A stretch of DNA of 28,251 nt from Porticoccaceae bacterium (GTDB lineage Bacteria; Pseudomonadota; Gammaproteobacteria; Pseudomonadales; Porticoccaceae): contig JBJHDJ010000001.1 in assembly GCA_050486485.1 (NCBI GenBank), positions 1 to 28,251 on the forward strand, written 5' to 3'. Shown here in pieces: positions 28,113-28,251 of the stretch. Positions within the stretch are counted from its first letter, which is position 1; each line of letters starts with the position of its first letter. A program made the translations under genes and the position numbers. The notes beneath the pieces were generated by a model that was given only the letters and a program-made list of their open reading frames with translations, ran no database searches and had not been told where the DNA came from.

Positions 28113-28251
28113 CGGAGGTTCCTCTCGGGGGCGGTGCTATCAACAGTGACAATGCCATGAACAATGCCATGGACCTTGCAGGGTGGGATGGATGTCAGTC
28201 CTCCGGCGCCACGGTGACCCGCAGTCCGTCAAGGGCCTCGGTGAGGCGGAT

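Noticed and set aside
124-28160. Long antisense or alternate-frame ORFs (e.g. 2443-4047 +, 4422-6284 +, 7291-9312 +, 13329-15539 +, 17765-19585 +)
   Set aside because: They shadow well-supported genes on the opposite strand, lack recognisable motifs, and are expected from high-GC codon bias.

Overview
High-GC Gammaproteobacterial chromosome segment; gene order and sequences resemble Pseudomonadales/Cellvibrionales (inference). Positions 1-15727 are core genome: guaB (partial)/xseA divergent pair, DUF481 outer-membrane protein, der, acs, panC, dnaB, the rpsF-rpsR-membrane protein-rplI operon with its S6:S18 leader, a DUF3012 lipoprotein, a CDP-alcohol phosphatidyltransferase, rlmB, rnr and tRNA-Leu(CAG). 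After the tRNA comes an integrase-free, all-minus-strand accessory block of oxidative catabolic genes: SnoaL/NTF2 protein, two cytochromes P450, a molybdopterin oxidoreductase, cbpA/cbpM, an amidohydrolase, three SDRs and a GFA protein. Four different small non-coding repeat types occupy the intergenic spaces: GTAG-REPs, CCCTCACCC/TCTCCC palindromes, a 181-bp MITE/REPIN and 7-bp-period CTGAC-core arrays. Best leads: (1) a translationally coupled Mo-enzyme/P450 pair with no ferredoxin and an Asp at the Mo-ligand position; (2) the heptamer arrays, one supplying the acs stop codon at a synteny break and one switching unit type without losing register. All family assignments come from recognising motifs by eye; no searches were run.
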